Below, one piece after another: positions 20,321 through 30,981 of a DNA stretch of 64,000 nucleotides. The position numbers and the translations under genes are program-made. Within the stretch, counting starts at the first letter, position 1, and each line of letters opens with the position of its first letter. The stretch comes from an uncultured Bacteroidota bacterium (GTDB lineage: Bacteria; Bacteroidota; Ignavibacteria; Kryptoniales; JAKASW01): the NCBI GenBank assembly GCA_963703215.1, contig OY969800.1, positions 3,087,297 through 3,151,296 on the forward strand. Direction: 5' to 3'. The notes under the pieces were generated by a model. That model was not told the DNA's origin, ran no database searches, and saw only the letters and a program-made list of their open reading frames with translations.

Positions 20321-21456
20321 ATCATCCTCAATATTAATTCTGCTGCCCGGTCCGAAGCGCCTTCTACGCCGAGAACCTTTCTCAACTCACCGTACTTTCT
20401 TCTGATTTCATCAGCGACCTGATTATTCATCAGAATTTCCCTCACTATTGCAGCAGCTCTGCGCGGTTCGAAGTCATTCTGGATAAGCTCGTCAACAATT
20501 ACCTGGTTTCCAACTATATTCACAAGGGAGATGGAACGAAGCTTAACAAGTAATCTTCCAACAAGGTAAGTGAACAGGCTTGTCTTGTAAACTACGACAA
20601 TGGGCAGATTATGCAGCGCCGACTCAAGTGTTGCCGTACCGCTCGTAACTATTCCTGCATCAGCAGAACTCATAAGCAACTCAACGTCATCACACAAATG
20701 GGCTTTAACTGCTGCCCTATCTATGATTTCTTCGTACACTCCATGATTGATGCCTGGTGCACAACCTACTACAGTCTCAAGCAGAACATCCTCGTTTGTC
20801 AACTCATCCTTCAGCACTTCGACCGATTCGAGCATCGTCGGCAAAATCCGATTTATCTCCTGTAGCCTACTCCCGGGAAGCAGCGCAAGGACTTTTGCAC
20901 TCTTGTTCGAGTAGCGACCACGAAAGGCGTTCATTTCTGTCTCGTTCGGAACCTTCATCTCATCAAGCAGTGGATGACCAACAAAATGCGCGTCAACTTT
21001 CTCCGACTTGTACATGTCTTCTTCAAACTTGAAAATGGTCAGCATCAAATCTACGGTGCGTCGGATTTTCTTCATCCGTCTTTTTCCCCATGCCCAAATT
21101 TGCGGACTTATGAAGTAAACTACCTTCAATCCGTTCTTCTTGGCCAACCCGGCGAATCGCAAATTGAACCCCGGATAATCCACAAGAATGACAGCAGCAG
21201 GTTTCCGGTCTCGGATAACGTTTAAAAGATCTTGTCTTACTCTTCGGAAAAAAGGAATCTTGGAGATTATTTCTGAAAATCCCATCACCGACATTTCTTT
21301 CACATGATGGATCAACTCAACGCCGACAGCTTTCATCTTGTCGCCACCAATCCCAACGACTTGGATATCTTCCTTTTTTTTTATGATTTCGACTAGACGG
21401 GCGGCATGCTTATCGCCCGATGTCTCGCCCGCAACGATCAAAACGGTCTTGCTCAT
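20317..21456 (-). CDS. lpxB: lipid-A-disaccharide synthase
   Basis: 379 aa. VLIVAGETSGDKHAARL N-terminus, YFISPQIWAWGKRR, GTATLE motifs of LpxB (GT19). Confidence 0.9.
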   Translation of the reverse strand: MSKTVLIVAGETSGDKHAARLVEIIKKKEDIQVVGIGGDKMKAVGVELIHHVKEMSVMGFSEIISKIPFFRRVRQDLLNVIRDRKPAAVILVDYPGFNLRFAGLAKKNGLKVVYFISPQIWAWGKRRMKKIRRTVDLMLTIFKFEEDMYKSEKVDAHFVGHPLLDEMKVPNETEMNAFRGRYSNKSAKVLALLPGSRLQEINRILPTMLESVEVLKDELTNEDVLLETVVGCAPGINHGVYEEIIDRAAVKAHLCDDVELLMSSADAGIVTSGTATLESALHNLPIVVVYKTSLFTYLVGRLLVKLRSISLVNIVGNQVIVDELIQNDFEPRRAAAIVREILMNNQVADEIRRKYGELRKVLGVEGASDRAAELILRMI

Positions 21457-22052
21457 TCTGCGCCATTTGCGAAATAGATGACTAACAGAACCGCCGTCAT
21501 TGACGACAGCGCAATCAATGACGAACGTTCCGATCGGATCGCTCTCGGGAAATTCGGGAGTAGATTATCGTCACTGCGGAATGGCTTCATACTCGGAATG
21601 AATCGACGAACATTTGCCGAATAATCCTTCCAATCTGAGAACGTCCGCGCCAAATATTCCTCTTCAATGTGAATGATGGCACCATATTGAAAGATAAAAT
21701 ATGCAAGCGCTATCAATTGCAAATAAGGCATAAGCGCATTCGACATAATTCCGATGCCGAGGTACATCAAAATGTTTCCGACGTATAATGGATTCCTAAC
21801 ATGTGCATAGGGACCGCTAGTGACAAGCTGCGTTCCGCCAACGGCTCCAGTTGTGCGAGTTTCGCTCCCAGCATAAGACACTCCCCAGAATCGCACCAGC
21901 TCACCAAGAACTGCCGTAGCAAATCCAATCGCAAGGGAATATGATGTCGGCGCAGAAAACAATAACATAAGAATCAAAAAAGGAATCGGCGTGTAACTCC
22001 GGTAAGTAAAAAGATAATTTCTCCAACTCCTGTCTGTTGTTGATTCGCTCAT
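21453..22052 (-). CDS. membrane methyltransferase, ICMT/PEMT family
   Basis: 199 aa, 4-5 TM. LVTSGPYAHVRNPLYVGNILMYLG and EEEYLARTF motifs of isoprenylcysteine carboxyl / phospholipid methyltransferase family. Confidence 0.75.
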   Translation of the reverse strand: MSESTTDRSWRNYLFTYRSYTPIPFLILMLLFSAPTSYSLAIGFATAVLGELVRFWGVSYAGSETRTTGAVGGTQLVTSGPYAHVRNPLYVGNILMYLGIGIMSNALMPYLQLIALAYFIFQYGAIIHIEEEYLARTFSDWKDYSANVRRFIPSMKPFRSDDNLLPNFPRAIRSERSSLIALSSMTAVLLVIYFANGAE

Positions 22053-22777
22053 TCGGCTATGAATGCCTCTCTGCGTTTCAACTCAGCATGATGGCGTTTC
22101 TTAAACTTACCAGTGCGCAATATTTTTTGGAGCTTCTCATTCACGTCACCGAAATCTTCGAACGGGAAATAGGTGACATTATTATCTTCGCAATATCTCA
22201 GCAAATCATCTTTTGCAAAAACCATATCAGCGTATTGAACAGCGCACCGGTCTGAAAATCCGTCTCCAATATAGACGACCACATCGTCGATACCTGTTTT
22301 CGTCAAGATATGGTATCCTTTGCAGTTTCCGCATTTCGTGCAATCGGATTGATACGGAAACTCAATTTTTATGCCGCCGGATTCGAAGTGAGCAAGATTA
22401 GAATAATATGGCAAGAGGGATATCTCATTAGTCTCGAAAATCTTCTTTATATAAAAATCCAATCCATCGCTAAGGACGGTAATATCTATCGAATTATCTT
22501 TGCAGAAGGAGACGAAACTTTTGAATCCATGATCTATTTCAAAATCTTCTGCAAAATTTAATGCGTCTTCTTTGGTCACGCGGACAAACTCGGCTTCCAT
22601 CAACGTCAAATCTCTTCCCGATAATTCCCCGGTTTTCCATTTGTCGACATATCTCAACGACTCCGTTTTGTTTCCAAACCTGCGAAAGAAGGCGGTGCCA
22701 ACGTCCTCTTTGGTAATCGTCCCATCAAAATCGACAAATATTTTCGGACGCCGGGTTTTCATGCCTTTGCGACCCAA
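22049..22777 (-). CDS. HAD-IB family phosphatase (MtnX-like)
   Basis: FVDFDGTITKED (HAD motif I), VLSDGLDFY, CTKCGNCKG Cys cluster, YIGDGFSDRCA (motif IV). Confidence 0.7.
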   Translation of the reverse strand: MGRKGMKTRRPKIFVDFDGTITKEDVGTAFFRRFGNKTESLRYVDKWKTGELSGRDLTLMEAEFVRVTKEDALNFAEDFEIDHGFKSFVSFCKDNSIDITVLSDGLDFYIKKIFETNEISLLPYYSNLAHFESGGIKIEFPYQSDCTKCGNCKGYHILTKTGIDDVVVYIGDGFSDRCAVQYADMVFAKDDLLRYCEDNNVTYFPFEDFGDVNEKLQKILRTGKFKKRHHAELKRREAFIAE

Positions 22778-25700
22778 TCATCAACAAATCTGACAGCGAC
22801 CACCTTTGATACCCCTTGCTCTTCCATCGTCACACCGTACAAAGTGTCAGCCGCTTCCATCGTTCGTTTGTTATGAGTGATCACAATGAACTGAGTGTCC
22901 GTCGAAAAGCGCTTGATCATCCTGACATAGTTATCAGTGTTATTGTCATCCAACGGGCCGTCCACTTCATCGAGAATACAAAACGGGCTCGGTTTCACAA
23001 GATAGATCGCGAAAAGTAAGGCGATCGCAGTCAGGGTCTTTTCACCGGCGGAAAGTAAATCGATTGACTGCGGTTTCTTTCCAGCGGGTTTTGCCATTAT
23101 CTCAATCTTCGCTTCGAGCGGATCCACGTTGTCTTCGAGTCGAAGGTCGGCTTCGCCGCCATCGAACAGACTCTGGAAAGTAATCTTGAAGTTTTCCGAA
23201 ATCTGGTCAAAGGTTTCTCTGAATTTCTGATGCGCCGTATGGTTTATCTCATCGATGGTTGTGGTCAATGTCTTTTCAGCTTCCAGCAGGTCCGCTCGCT
23301 GACCAACCAAGAAATCGAACCTTTGCTTCTCTTCAGTATACTCCGAGAAAGCCACAAGATTTACCGGGCCAAAAGACTCGACTCTCTCCTTCAGATAGTT
23401 TATTCTTTCATGAGCAGCCACCACATCGAACTCCGCCGCCAGATTCATCGATTCTGGCGTTTGCTGGGAAGCGTCCAAATTATACTCTTCCTTCATTCGT
23501 TCCAGTATCGCGCTCGCATGAGCATCAAACTCGCTGATTTTTAGACTGACCTGATGAACCGCCTCCACTGTGGTGTCATGACTCATTCTAGCATCGTGAA
23601 GCCTCTTTTCTTCGGCACCCTCTTCCTCTCTTTTCACCGACAACTTTTTCATCAGCTCGTTTGATTGACTATCGAGCCCGTCGATCTCTATCCGCAGGTT
23701 TGAACGTCGTTCTTCAAATTCATTCAACTTCTGACGGGACTGTTCGATCATTAGTTTTGCCGCTTCAATGTCATCGTCGGCTCTCGATATTCCTTCAAGG
23801 TTTGCATTGACCTGCTGCCGCGAAGTCTCAATTTCTCTTTTCAGAAAATTCAGCTTGTTGACGCATTCGATATGATTCGCCTGCACCTCTCGCAGCAAAT
23901 CGTTCTTCTGTCTGTAAGCTTCCTCAATTAGTCTAACCTCTTCCAGAGCCGTTTGATAGTCTTTTTCAGATGATACCTTCAGGGAATTTATTTCCAACAA
24001 ACCTGTCTCGACCGCTGAGAGCTCGCTGGTTGCTTCAGTTATTTCAATATCCAGTTTGCCAATTCTAGCCTGCATATCGAGAACCTGAGTTTCCACATTC
24101 TGAAGGCTGTGTTCGTTTTCGACGCTTGACTGTTCCACCCGCGCCAAACGGAGCTCGAGATTTCTTAGAGTCTCATTCCCGGTTTTAATCGGAAGCTCTT
24201 CGATTTCTATCTGAAGGGCGGAAATCTCCTTTTCAATGCTGGACAATTCCGAAGTCAATTTTTCATTTTCGGCTTTAAGTTCCTCCAGCTGCCTCAACTT
24301 TCCGACTCTACCACCCTCCGTTTTCCGCGTACTTCCACCTCTAATTATTCCTTTTGCTGAAAACACATCGCCTGAATAATTCACACACGTCAACATGGAA
24401 TCCTCGCGAAGTATCCTTTCTGCTTCGGAGAAATTCTCCACGACAGCGACATTCTCGAAGAAATATTTACATATCGGTTCATATTCCTTCGAAGTCTGGA
24501 GGTGGTCAATCAGGCGTCGGCGGTTCGTCAATTCCAATCTGGGAAGCGGCGGAATGAGTTTGTCAATACAAATAAAGGTCACTTTCCCGAGGTCGCTTTT
24601 CCGGAGTTCATCGATCGCACTTAATGCCGTATGTTCATCGGGTGAAACTAGAAAATTGGATGCGTCTCCGAGTATCGACTCTGCTGCTATCCGGTAATCC
24701 GGCTCGACGTAGAAAATATCGCTGAGAATCTCGAACTTCGGCAGACCAGCCACTTCTCCTCGTGCGAGCGCCTTTGCACCGTCTGGAACTCCTTCTAGAT
24801 GCTCGACGAGCCCATTTAAGAAATCGCTTCTCGTTTCATTCGCCTGCAGTCGCTCGCGAATGTTCTGCGAGCTTGTTTTCTTGCGTTCGAGGTCATTGAA
24901 TAATTCTTCGCGATGCCTTTCTAAATCACTAAGTTTTCTTTTTTCGTCGTCTATGTCTTCGAGAAACTTATTCTTCTCGCCGCGAGATGTTCCAACCTTC
25001 AATGATAATAGATTTTTCTCAGTCTCGAGCTGCGTCATTCGAGCCGTGAGCTCTTCATCATGCGATTGAAGTCTCTCAAGCCGCGCATGAGATCGTTCGC
25101 GTTCATTCTGCTTTATCGCAAGATCATTCAATATTCGAATCAGGTTTTCATGACTCGCGTTCGATCTCTCTCGTGCCGAGAATAGGTGCTGCTCAAAACT
25201 CTTGAACCCTTCTTGCTCTGCTGCCAACGAACCCGAAAGCGTCTTTTCTTCTTCTTCCGTCTCGACAAGACCCAATCTCAATTCCTCTATCTGTGACGCA
25301 AGCGAGACGTTCTTTCCATCAAGATCAGCCTTACGCTTTTTAAGCGAAGAAATATTCCCATTAAGCCCACGGCTTCGCTCGCTCAGGACCGCGATTTCTT
25401 CTTCCGCACCGTGAAGATCATTCTGTTTATCGCCCCGCTGCTGCTGCAGAGTGGACAGGCTCTTCCCCAGATTCTCAATCTCAGTGCGAACAAGCTTCAA
25501 GAGTTCTTCCTGTCGGGAAAGCGTAGTCAGAGCCTTTGCCTTCTCAGATTCGCTCGCCAACAGACTCTCTTTCAGTGGTGCAACCTTCAACAGCACCGAG
25601 CGGTAATCCGCGAACAAATATTGGCATTCAAGAACGCTCAACTCATCAGTAAACCGTTTGTATTGCTCTGCCTTTTTCGCCTGGCGTTCGAGTGAGTTTA

Positions 25701-26304
25701 CCTTCTTTTCTATTTCGGCAATCAAGTCGTTGACCCTCAATAAATCTCTATGAACGTCGTCGAGCTTGTTCAGTGCGGCTTTCCTTCTCGCTTTATATTT
25801 CGTCACCCCTGATGCTTCCTCGAACATTTTCCTGCGCTCGTCGGTATTCTCGCGAAGGATGTCTTCGACCATCTTCAATTCAATCACCGAATAAGCAGTC
25901 GGAGCCATGCCGGAGTCCATCAGCATATCCTGAATGTCTTTCAAGCGGCATTGGTTTCGGTTTATAAAATATTCGCTTTCACCTGAACGGAACACACGGC
26001 GAGTTATGCTGACCTCGGAATAATCAATGGGAAGGAGTCCTTTATCGTTCTTTATTGTGATTGTGACTTCCGCCATTCCCAGGCCTTTTCGGTTCTGAGA
26101 CCCGTTGAAAATGACATTTTCCATCGAGTCACTTCTTAGCATGCTGGTACGCTGTTCACCGAGCACCCACCGTATCGAATCCAATACGTTAGTTTTACCG
26201 CAACCATTTGGCCCAACGACTGACGTGATTCCTCCGTTAAAAGTCAATTCAGTCTTGGCTGCAAACGACTTGAACCCAAAAAGTTCTAACTTCGAAAGAA
26301 ACAT
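22759..26304 (-). CDS. smc: chromosome segregation protein SMC
   Basis: 1181 aa. Walker A GPNGCGKTN, long coiled coils flanking a hinge, C-terminal LSAGEKTLTAIALLFA (signature) and ILDEVDGPLD (Walker B). Confidence 0.95.
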   Translation of the reverse strand: MFLSKLELFGFKSFAAKTELTFNGGITSVVGPNGCGKTNVLDSIRWVLGEQRTSMLRSDSMENVIFNGSQNRKGLGMAEVTITIKNDKGLLPIDYSEVSITRRVFRSGESEYFINRNQCRLKDIQDMLMDSGMAPTAYSVIELKMVEDILRENTDERRKMFEEASGVTKYKARRKAALNKLDDVHRDLLRVNDLIAEIEKKVNSLERQAKKAEQYKRFTDELSVLECQYLFADYRSVLLKVAPLKESLLASESEKAKALTTLSRQEELLKLVRTEIENLGKSLSTLQQQRGDKQNDLHGAEEEIAVLSERSRGLNGNISSLKKRKADLDGKNVSLASQIEELRLGLVETEEEEKTLSGSLAAEQEGFKSFEQHLFSARERSNASHENLIRILNDLAIKQNERERSHARLERLQSHDEELTARMTQLETEKNLLSLKVGTSRGEKNKFLEDIDDEKRKLSDLERHREELFNDLERKKTSSQNIRERLQANETRSDFLNGLVEHLEGVPDGAKALARGEVAGLPKFEILSDIFYVEPDYRIAAESILGDASNFLVSPDEHTALSAIDELRKSDLGKVTFICIDKLIPPLPRLELTNRRRLIDHLQTSKEYEPICKYFFENVAVVENFSEAERILREDSMLTCVNYSGDVFSAKGIIRGGSTRKTEGGRVGKLRQLEELKAENEKLTSELSSIEKEISALQIEIEELPIKTGNETLRNLELRLARVEQSSVENEHSLQNVETQVLDMQARIGKLDIEITEATSELSAVETGLLEINSLKVSSEKDYQTALEEVRLIEEAYRQKNDLLREVQANHIECVNKLNFLKREIETSRQQVNANLEGISRADDDIEAAKLMIEQSRQKLNEFEERRSNLRIEIDGLDSQSNELMKKLSVKREEEGAEEKRLHDARMSHDTTVEAVHQVSLKISEFDAHASAILERMKEEYNLDASQQTPESMNLAAEFDVVAAHERINYLKERVESFGPVNLVAFSEYTEEKQRFDFLVGQRADLLEAEKTLTTTIDEINHTAHQKFRETFDQISENFKITFQSLFDGGEADLRLEDNVDPLEAKIEIMAKPAGKKPQSIDLLSAGEKTLTAIALLFAIYLVKPSPFCILDEVDGPLDDNNTDNYVRMIKRFSTDTQFIVITHNKRTMEAADTLYGVTMEEQGVSKVVAVRFVDDWVAKA

Positions 26305-26396
26305 TTAACCATTCTATCTTGATCATGCTCGAATGTGCCATAAGGCTCATTCGATCATTCTATCTTTCATCCCATTCATGTACGTTATGGTTCATT

Positions 26397-28988
26397 TTAT
26401 ATAAACTTATTTTGAGTCAAATAATTGTAAAAGAATTTTGTATACGAGATGACGCCATCCGTCCCATTAAAATAAATGCTGACAAGAACGACCAGCACGA
26501 TGAGAAATAGAGAGCCTATGATGCCAACTCGCAAAGTGGGCAAATCGTATATCACTCCAATGCCGTGGAACAGCCTGAAAAGGCTCAACACGAAAAGGGC
26601 GAGAAGAACGATCCATGATGCCCAGACAAACCTCGAATCGCCCAACAGTCTAAAAAGAATCATATCGACCAAGATCAGTATAGCCATCGGCAGGTTCGAC
26701 CATGTCGCCACAGTAAACGCGCTCACCAACTGGAGACGAATTTTGACGATCAGCGAGATGAGTTTTATGACAAGAGTAATAACAATAACTAGCGCCATGC
26801 AAAAAAACGTGAACGCGAGAATAAATTCGGCTGGATGCCAGACCAAGTAGTCGATTTTTATTTTCAAAAAATCACTCGGGATAAAAATCCCGAGAAGTCT
26901 GTCGAACAAATAGTTATCCCGAAAGGCGTAGAAGAGACTTGAGAGATAAATAGCGACCCCAGCAGATACTAATAGCAAGACCGTGGAAGTCTGGAAAGCA
27001 GAAATCATCCGTTGATCACGTATGTCAGCAAAGAAATTGTAGGGACGGAAAATTGCTCGCGCAGCACTTTCACGGAACCAGCGCCGGCTGTAATGGAGAT
27101 AAGTAATCAACACAAGAAGGAGCGTTGACAGTATCACATAGATAATCGGTGGAGCATCGGTATAATTTCCAATTGGCAATGAAGGCAGAGTTTCATCACT
27201 AAAGAGCGCACGCACCGCCGTGAAAGACGGCCGCTTTTCCCTCCAGTAACTTACAATGCCAAAGGTATAGAGATATGGATGACCGTTTGGCATAAGATGA
27301 GGGATTGCTCCCTGCCAGTCGGCAAAACTATTTATTGAAATGCCGGCCATGTTTGCTTCTTCCACCGCTCCATATGCGTCAACAAGGTACCTCGCCTGAT
27401 GTTCCAGCGAGAGAGGATCTGAATACCCATCATGGTTGTTCATCTGACACTGCGTACCCACAGAGGAGACCCAAAACGTCATGTTAGGAAATTCCTGTGA
27501 AAAACTCTCCACAAAATCCTTGAGCTTTCTGGCAGAGTTCAGCGGCGTCAAGTCCAATCCCACAAAATCAGCTTCGGTCCGAGTTCCATCAAATGGACCC
27601 GTGAGGGGTGTATAATAAACCAACTTATCAGCTTCATTATGCACCGAAGTTGCAACCCACGAGATGAGATCCGCGGTCGCTGTCGCCGTTGGATCAAGAT
27701 TACTCCCCGCCGATATTGCCACAACGGAAGGATGACAACAGGTATGCAAAATCACCTCGTGCAAGTAATTCTGCAGCGCGCTTTTGTATTGACCATCCTC
27801 TATAATGGATGGGGGAGCATCGGCAAGAGGGGTCTCCTCAAATACCATCAAGCCAAATCGATCACAAAGATCAAGTAATTCCTCCGAGGGAGGATAATTA
27901 ACTACACGGATCGAGTTGGCTCCCAATGTTTTGATAACTGCGATATCTTTTTCAAGATTAACATCGTCGACTGCCGCATCCACCTTAGGGTAATCGACTA
28001 CATAGTTCACGCTCTTTATGAAAATTGGCTCCCCGTTCAAAATGAACTTGCCGCTCGCTAATTGGAAAGACCTAAAGCCAATATCTTCTGAAAACTCATC
28101 TACCAAATTTGAGCCCTTCTCTAAATAGAAGACCGCCTCATACAAATTTGGATTTGTTGGGGACCAAAGATTCACGTTCTGCGCCGTCACCGAAAAGTGA
28201 AGCTTTGTATTATGGTTCTGCGCGAGATTGAATGCACTATCTGCAGATTTTGCCAATATTTTCCCCGACACTTTATCGAGAATTTCCATACGCGCACGCA
28301 AGAGAACTGAAGTGGCGGTAGAATCAATGCCGTATCGGGAATAATCCGAGGCGTAGACAACTACATCACTTTCTACATTAGCCAGATTGTTGCTCGAATT
28401 CATGGAGACTTTGACTGAAGGTTCATCCATAAAGATCGGGGGTTTCGCTTCTAGATAGACTGTTCTAAACAGTCCGCCATAGCATTTCGGTTGAAAGGCA
28501 AGTAGCTTCAATGGAATCGTCGAGACAGGGCTCAACTCATTGTTGCTGATTATCTGCACGACATTCTCGCTGCCTGCCTGAAGAAGCCGATCAGGAATCT
28601 TCACTTCGAATTGCGAGTACGCCCCGTTATGGATCGCGACGTATTCGTTGTTCACTCTAATCTCTGTGGAGGCACCCCCAGTACCAACAGTTAGAGTGAA
28701 AATGTTTTTTGAGACCAGGTCGTTTGGGATGAACACCTGTTTTTCGAAAATTGTTATGCCGCCATCAGCCGTGCAGGGAACATTTACGGTGCTCCAGGTT
28801 TTGCCGTTGTCGGTGGATGCTCGCCATTCACCGTCAAGCAGGATTTTGCCCCTTGTAGGGGTGGTTTTAATGAAAGGGAAGTCGAACTGTCTTTGATTTT
28901 CCTGAGAGTTATTTTCCTGGGCGAAAGCCCCGGAAAAAAATGAAAGAAATATAAAAAATGTTAGTCTGCTAATTGGCGGGTGGAGCAT
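26397..28988 (-). CDS. GH2-like (beta-galactosidase/glucuronidase fold) ectodomain fused to a C-terminal polytopic Yip1-like membrane domain
   Basis: Signal peptide. Sugar-binding/Ig/TIM-barrel order with ANSIRVVNYPPSEELLDLCDRFGLMVFEETPL and CHPSVVAISAGSNLD. The last ~270 aa contain 6 or more hydrophobic helices. Confidence 0.75.
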   Translation of the reverse strand: MLHPPISRLTFFIFLSFFSGAFAQENNSQENQRQFDFPFIKTTPTRGKILLDGEWRASTDNGKTWSTVNVPCTADGGITIFEKQVFIPNDLVSKNIFTLTVGTGGASTEIRVNNEYVAIHNGAYSQFEVKIPDRLLQAGSENVVQIISNNELSPVSTIPLKLLAFQPKCYGGLFRTVYLEAKPPIFMDEPSVKVSMNSSNNLANVESDVVVYASDYSRYGIDSTATSVLLRARMEILDKVSGKILAKSADSAFNLAQNHNTKLHFSVTAQNVNLWSPTNPNLYEAVFYLEKGSNLVDEFSEDIGFRSFQLASGKFILNGEPIFIKSVNYVVDYPKVDAAVDDVNLEKDIAVIKTLGANSIRVVNYPPSEELLDLCDRFGLMVFEETPLADAPPSIIEDGQYKSALQNYLHEVILHTCCHPSVVAISAGSNLDPTATATADLISWVATSVHNEADKLVYYTPLTGPFDGTRTEADFVGLDLTPLNSARKLKDFVESFSQEFPNMTFWVSSVGTQCQMNNHDGYSDPLSLEHQARYLVDAYGAVEEANMAGISINSFADWQGAIPHLMPNGHPYLYTFGIVSYWREKRPSFTAVRALFSDETLPSLPIGNYTDAPPIIYVILSTLLLVLITYLHYSRRWFRESAARAIFRPYNFFADIRDQRMISAFQTSTVLLLVSAGVAIYLSSLFYAFRDNYLFDRLLGIFIPSDFLKIKIDYLVWHPAEFILAFTFFCMALVIVITLVIKLISLIVKIRLQLVSAFTVATWSNLPMAILILVDMILFRLLGDSRFVWASWIVLLALFVLSLFRLFHGIGVIYDLPTLRVGIIGSLFLIVLVVLVSIYFNGTDGVISYTKFFYNYLTQNKFI

Positions 28989-29075
28989 TTATTGAGGTTT
29001 AACTCCCATTGTTTATAAATTTAACAAATTTTAGAGGGGAATGCAATTAAAGGTTGAAGAGATCTTTGCTATTTT

Positions 29076-29963
29076 TTAGCGTCTAAGTAAACGCAACGAC
29101 TTCTTGGCAGCGATTTCGCCTGCTTGGATCATTGCATCGAGTCTTTCAAAGTTTGCCCAATTCGTATCGCCTACCTTTGGGCTTACTACCACGTCAGCCT
29201 CATCTAGACGAGACTGGTTAAGCAAATGACTTGTTATCTCGTTAGATCTTATGGCTACGTCAAAACCGGTTTGAAACTGGATCTCACGTTTCAACGTAAT
29301 TGACACATCAACGGCAATAACCTTTTCGCCAAATGTTTCAACGGCAGCTCTTACGGGAACGACGCCTGTGGTGCTGCCGTCCGTTAAAATAAAATTACCA
29401 AGGTTCAATGGTTCGACGATACCGGGTATGAGGGAGCTTGCGATCACGCCCGGTCTGACTCTTCCGTTTTTGAACACAACTTCCTTTCCCGTCACCAAAT
29501 CTGACGAAACGCTGACAAACGGGATTCGCAAGTCGCTGAAATAAATGTCAGGCAGGAGAAAATTCAGAGTCTCGTTAAGAATGCTTTGCGAAAAGATTCC
29601 TCTTTTCGACGCAGCTTTGAGGTAGAGGAAATTGCGTCCCAGTTTTGCGACTATCTTTCCAGGTTTCTGGTATGTGTCCGGGTTTTCGGATAAGACAAAA
29701 AAAATCTTGCCAAATCTCCGGTGAAATTGACTTCGCAGAAATTTCTTGAATATTTCTTCGACCTCGAGAGCGTCGCCATAATAAGCATATACTGCACCCA
29801 CGATAGCACCCATGCTGATTCCTGCGATTCCCTTGACTCTGATTCCTTCGTTTTGGAGCACCTTCAGAACTCCAATGTGAGCAAGACCTCGTGCACCACC
29901 GCCGCCAAGCGCAAGGACATATTCCGACTTTCGCTTCTTGATCGCAATCAACTCAAACACCAA
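29076..29963 (-). CDS. patatin-like phospholipase
   Basis: GGGGARG oxyanion motif, GISMG (GxSxG nucleophile), LTDGS (catalytic Asp region). Confidence 0.88.
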   Translation of the reverse strand: MVFELIAIKKRKSEYVLALGGGGARGLAHIGVLKVLQNEGIRVKGIAGISMGAIVGAVYAYYGDALEVEEIFKKFLRSQFHRRFGKIFFVLSENPDTYQKPGKIVAKLGRNFLYLKAASKRGIFSQSILNETLNFLLPDIYFSDLRIPFVSVSSDLVTGKEVVFKNGRVRPGVIASSLIPGIVEPLNLGNFILTDGSTTGVVPVRAAVETFGEKVIAVDVSITLKREIQFQTGFDVAIRSNEITSHLLNQSRLDEADVVVSPKVGDTNWANFERLDAMIQAGEIAAKKSLRLLRR

Positions 29964-29972
29964 ATTGTCAAA

Positions 29973-30944
29973 CTAGCTCAACCTCTCAACGACAAATTTG
30001 GTCAAGTTTAAAAGAGACTCCTTTGCTTCAGAGTCACGAATATCTTCAAGATGCTTCCTTGCACTATCGACAAATTCCATCGATTTCTCTCTTGCAAGAT
30101 TGATGCCCCCGTAATGTTCAGTAAATTCTATCACTTCGCTAATCCGTGAACCGCGCTTTCCGTTCTTAAGCAGGCGCAACACAGATTTTGCCTCTCGCCT
30201 TGGCGCATTCTTGAAGGCATAAATAAAAGGCAGCGTGACTTTTCTTTCTTGAATGTCGCCGCCGATTGGCTTGCCAAGAGTCGCCCTCTTTCCTTCATAA
30301 TCCAAAACGTCATCTTGAATCTGAAATGCCATGCCAAGTTCCTCGCCAAAGAGCCTGAGAGCAGCGATTATTCTTTCATCGCTGGTCGCACTGACTGCTC
30401 CCATTTCGCAACAACTTGAGATGAGAGACGCAGTTTTGTCAGATATTATTTTGAAATACGTTGCCTCATCCATATCAAGCTGTCTCGATTTTTGTATTTG
30501 AAGAAGTTCTCCTTCGCTCATTCGTTTCACAGCCACCGAACTTATCTGTAAGAATTTATGCTCGTTGTGAGTCAACGAAAGAAGCAGACCACGCGACAAC
30601 AAATAATCTCCCATTAATACGGCCACTTTGTTTTTCCAAGTGGTGTTGATGGACGCAATCCCGCGTCGCATGTCTGCGTTATCAACGACATCGTCATGGA
30701 TCAGAGTGGCTGTGTGAAGTAGTTCCACAAGTGTCGCTGCATGATAAGTGCTCTCGTTGATTCCGCCCGTTGCCTTGGCGGATAAAAGAACAAGTACGGG
30801 GCGAATCTTTTTCCCTTTTTGGTGCAGCAAATATCGAGCAATTGTATCCACTATCCCAACGGTTGAACGAATCGCCGCTCTGAATTCCATGTTAAATTGC
30901 TTGGTCTCCTCTTTGATCGGAGCAATTATATCATTCAGATCCAA
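29973..30944 (-). CDS. trans-polyprenyl diphosphate synthase (long-chain, IspB-like)
   Basis: 323 aa. First and second Asp-rich motifs LIHDDVVDNADMRRG and FQIQDDVLDY. Confidence 0.9.
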   Translation of the reverse strand: MDLNDIIAPIKEETKQFNMEFRAAIRSTVGIVDTIARYLLHQKGKKIRPVLVLLSAKATGGINESTYHAATLVELLHTATLIHDDVVDNADMRRGIASINTTWKNKVAVLMGDYLLSRGLLLSLTHNEHKFLQISSVAVKRMSEGELLQIQKSRQLDMDEATYFKIISDKTASLISSCCEMGAVSATSDERIIAALRLFGEELGMAFQIQDDVLDYEGKRATLGKPIGGDIQERKVTLPFIYAFKNAPRREAKSVLRLLKNGKRGSRISEVIEFTEHYGGINLAREKSMEFVDSARKHLEDIRDSEAKESLLNLTKFVVERLS

Positions 30945-30981
30945 TATGCACCTCTGTCATTGGAATCAGTTCGATGAAGTC

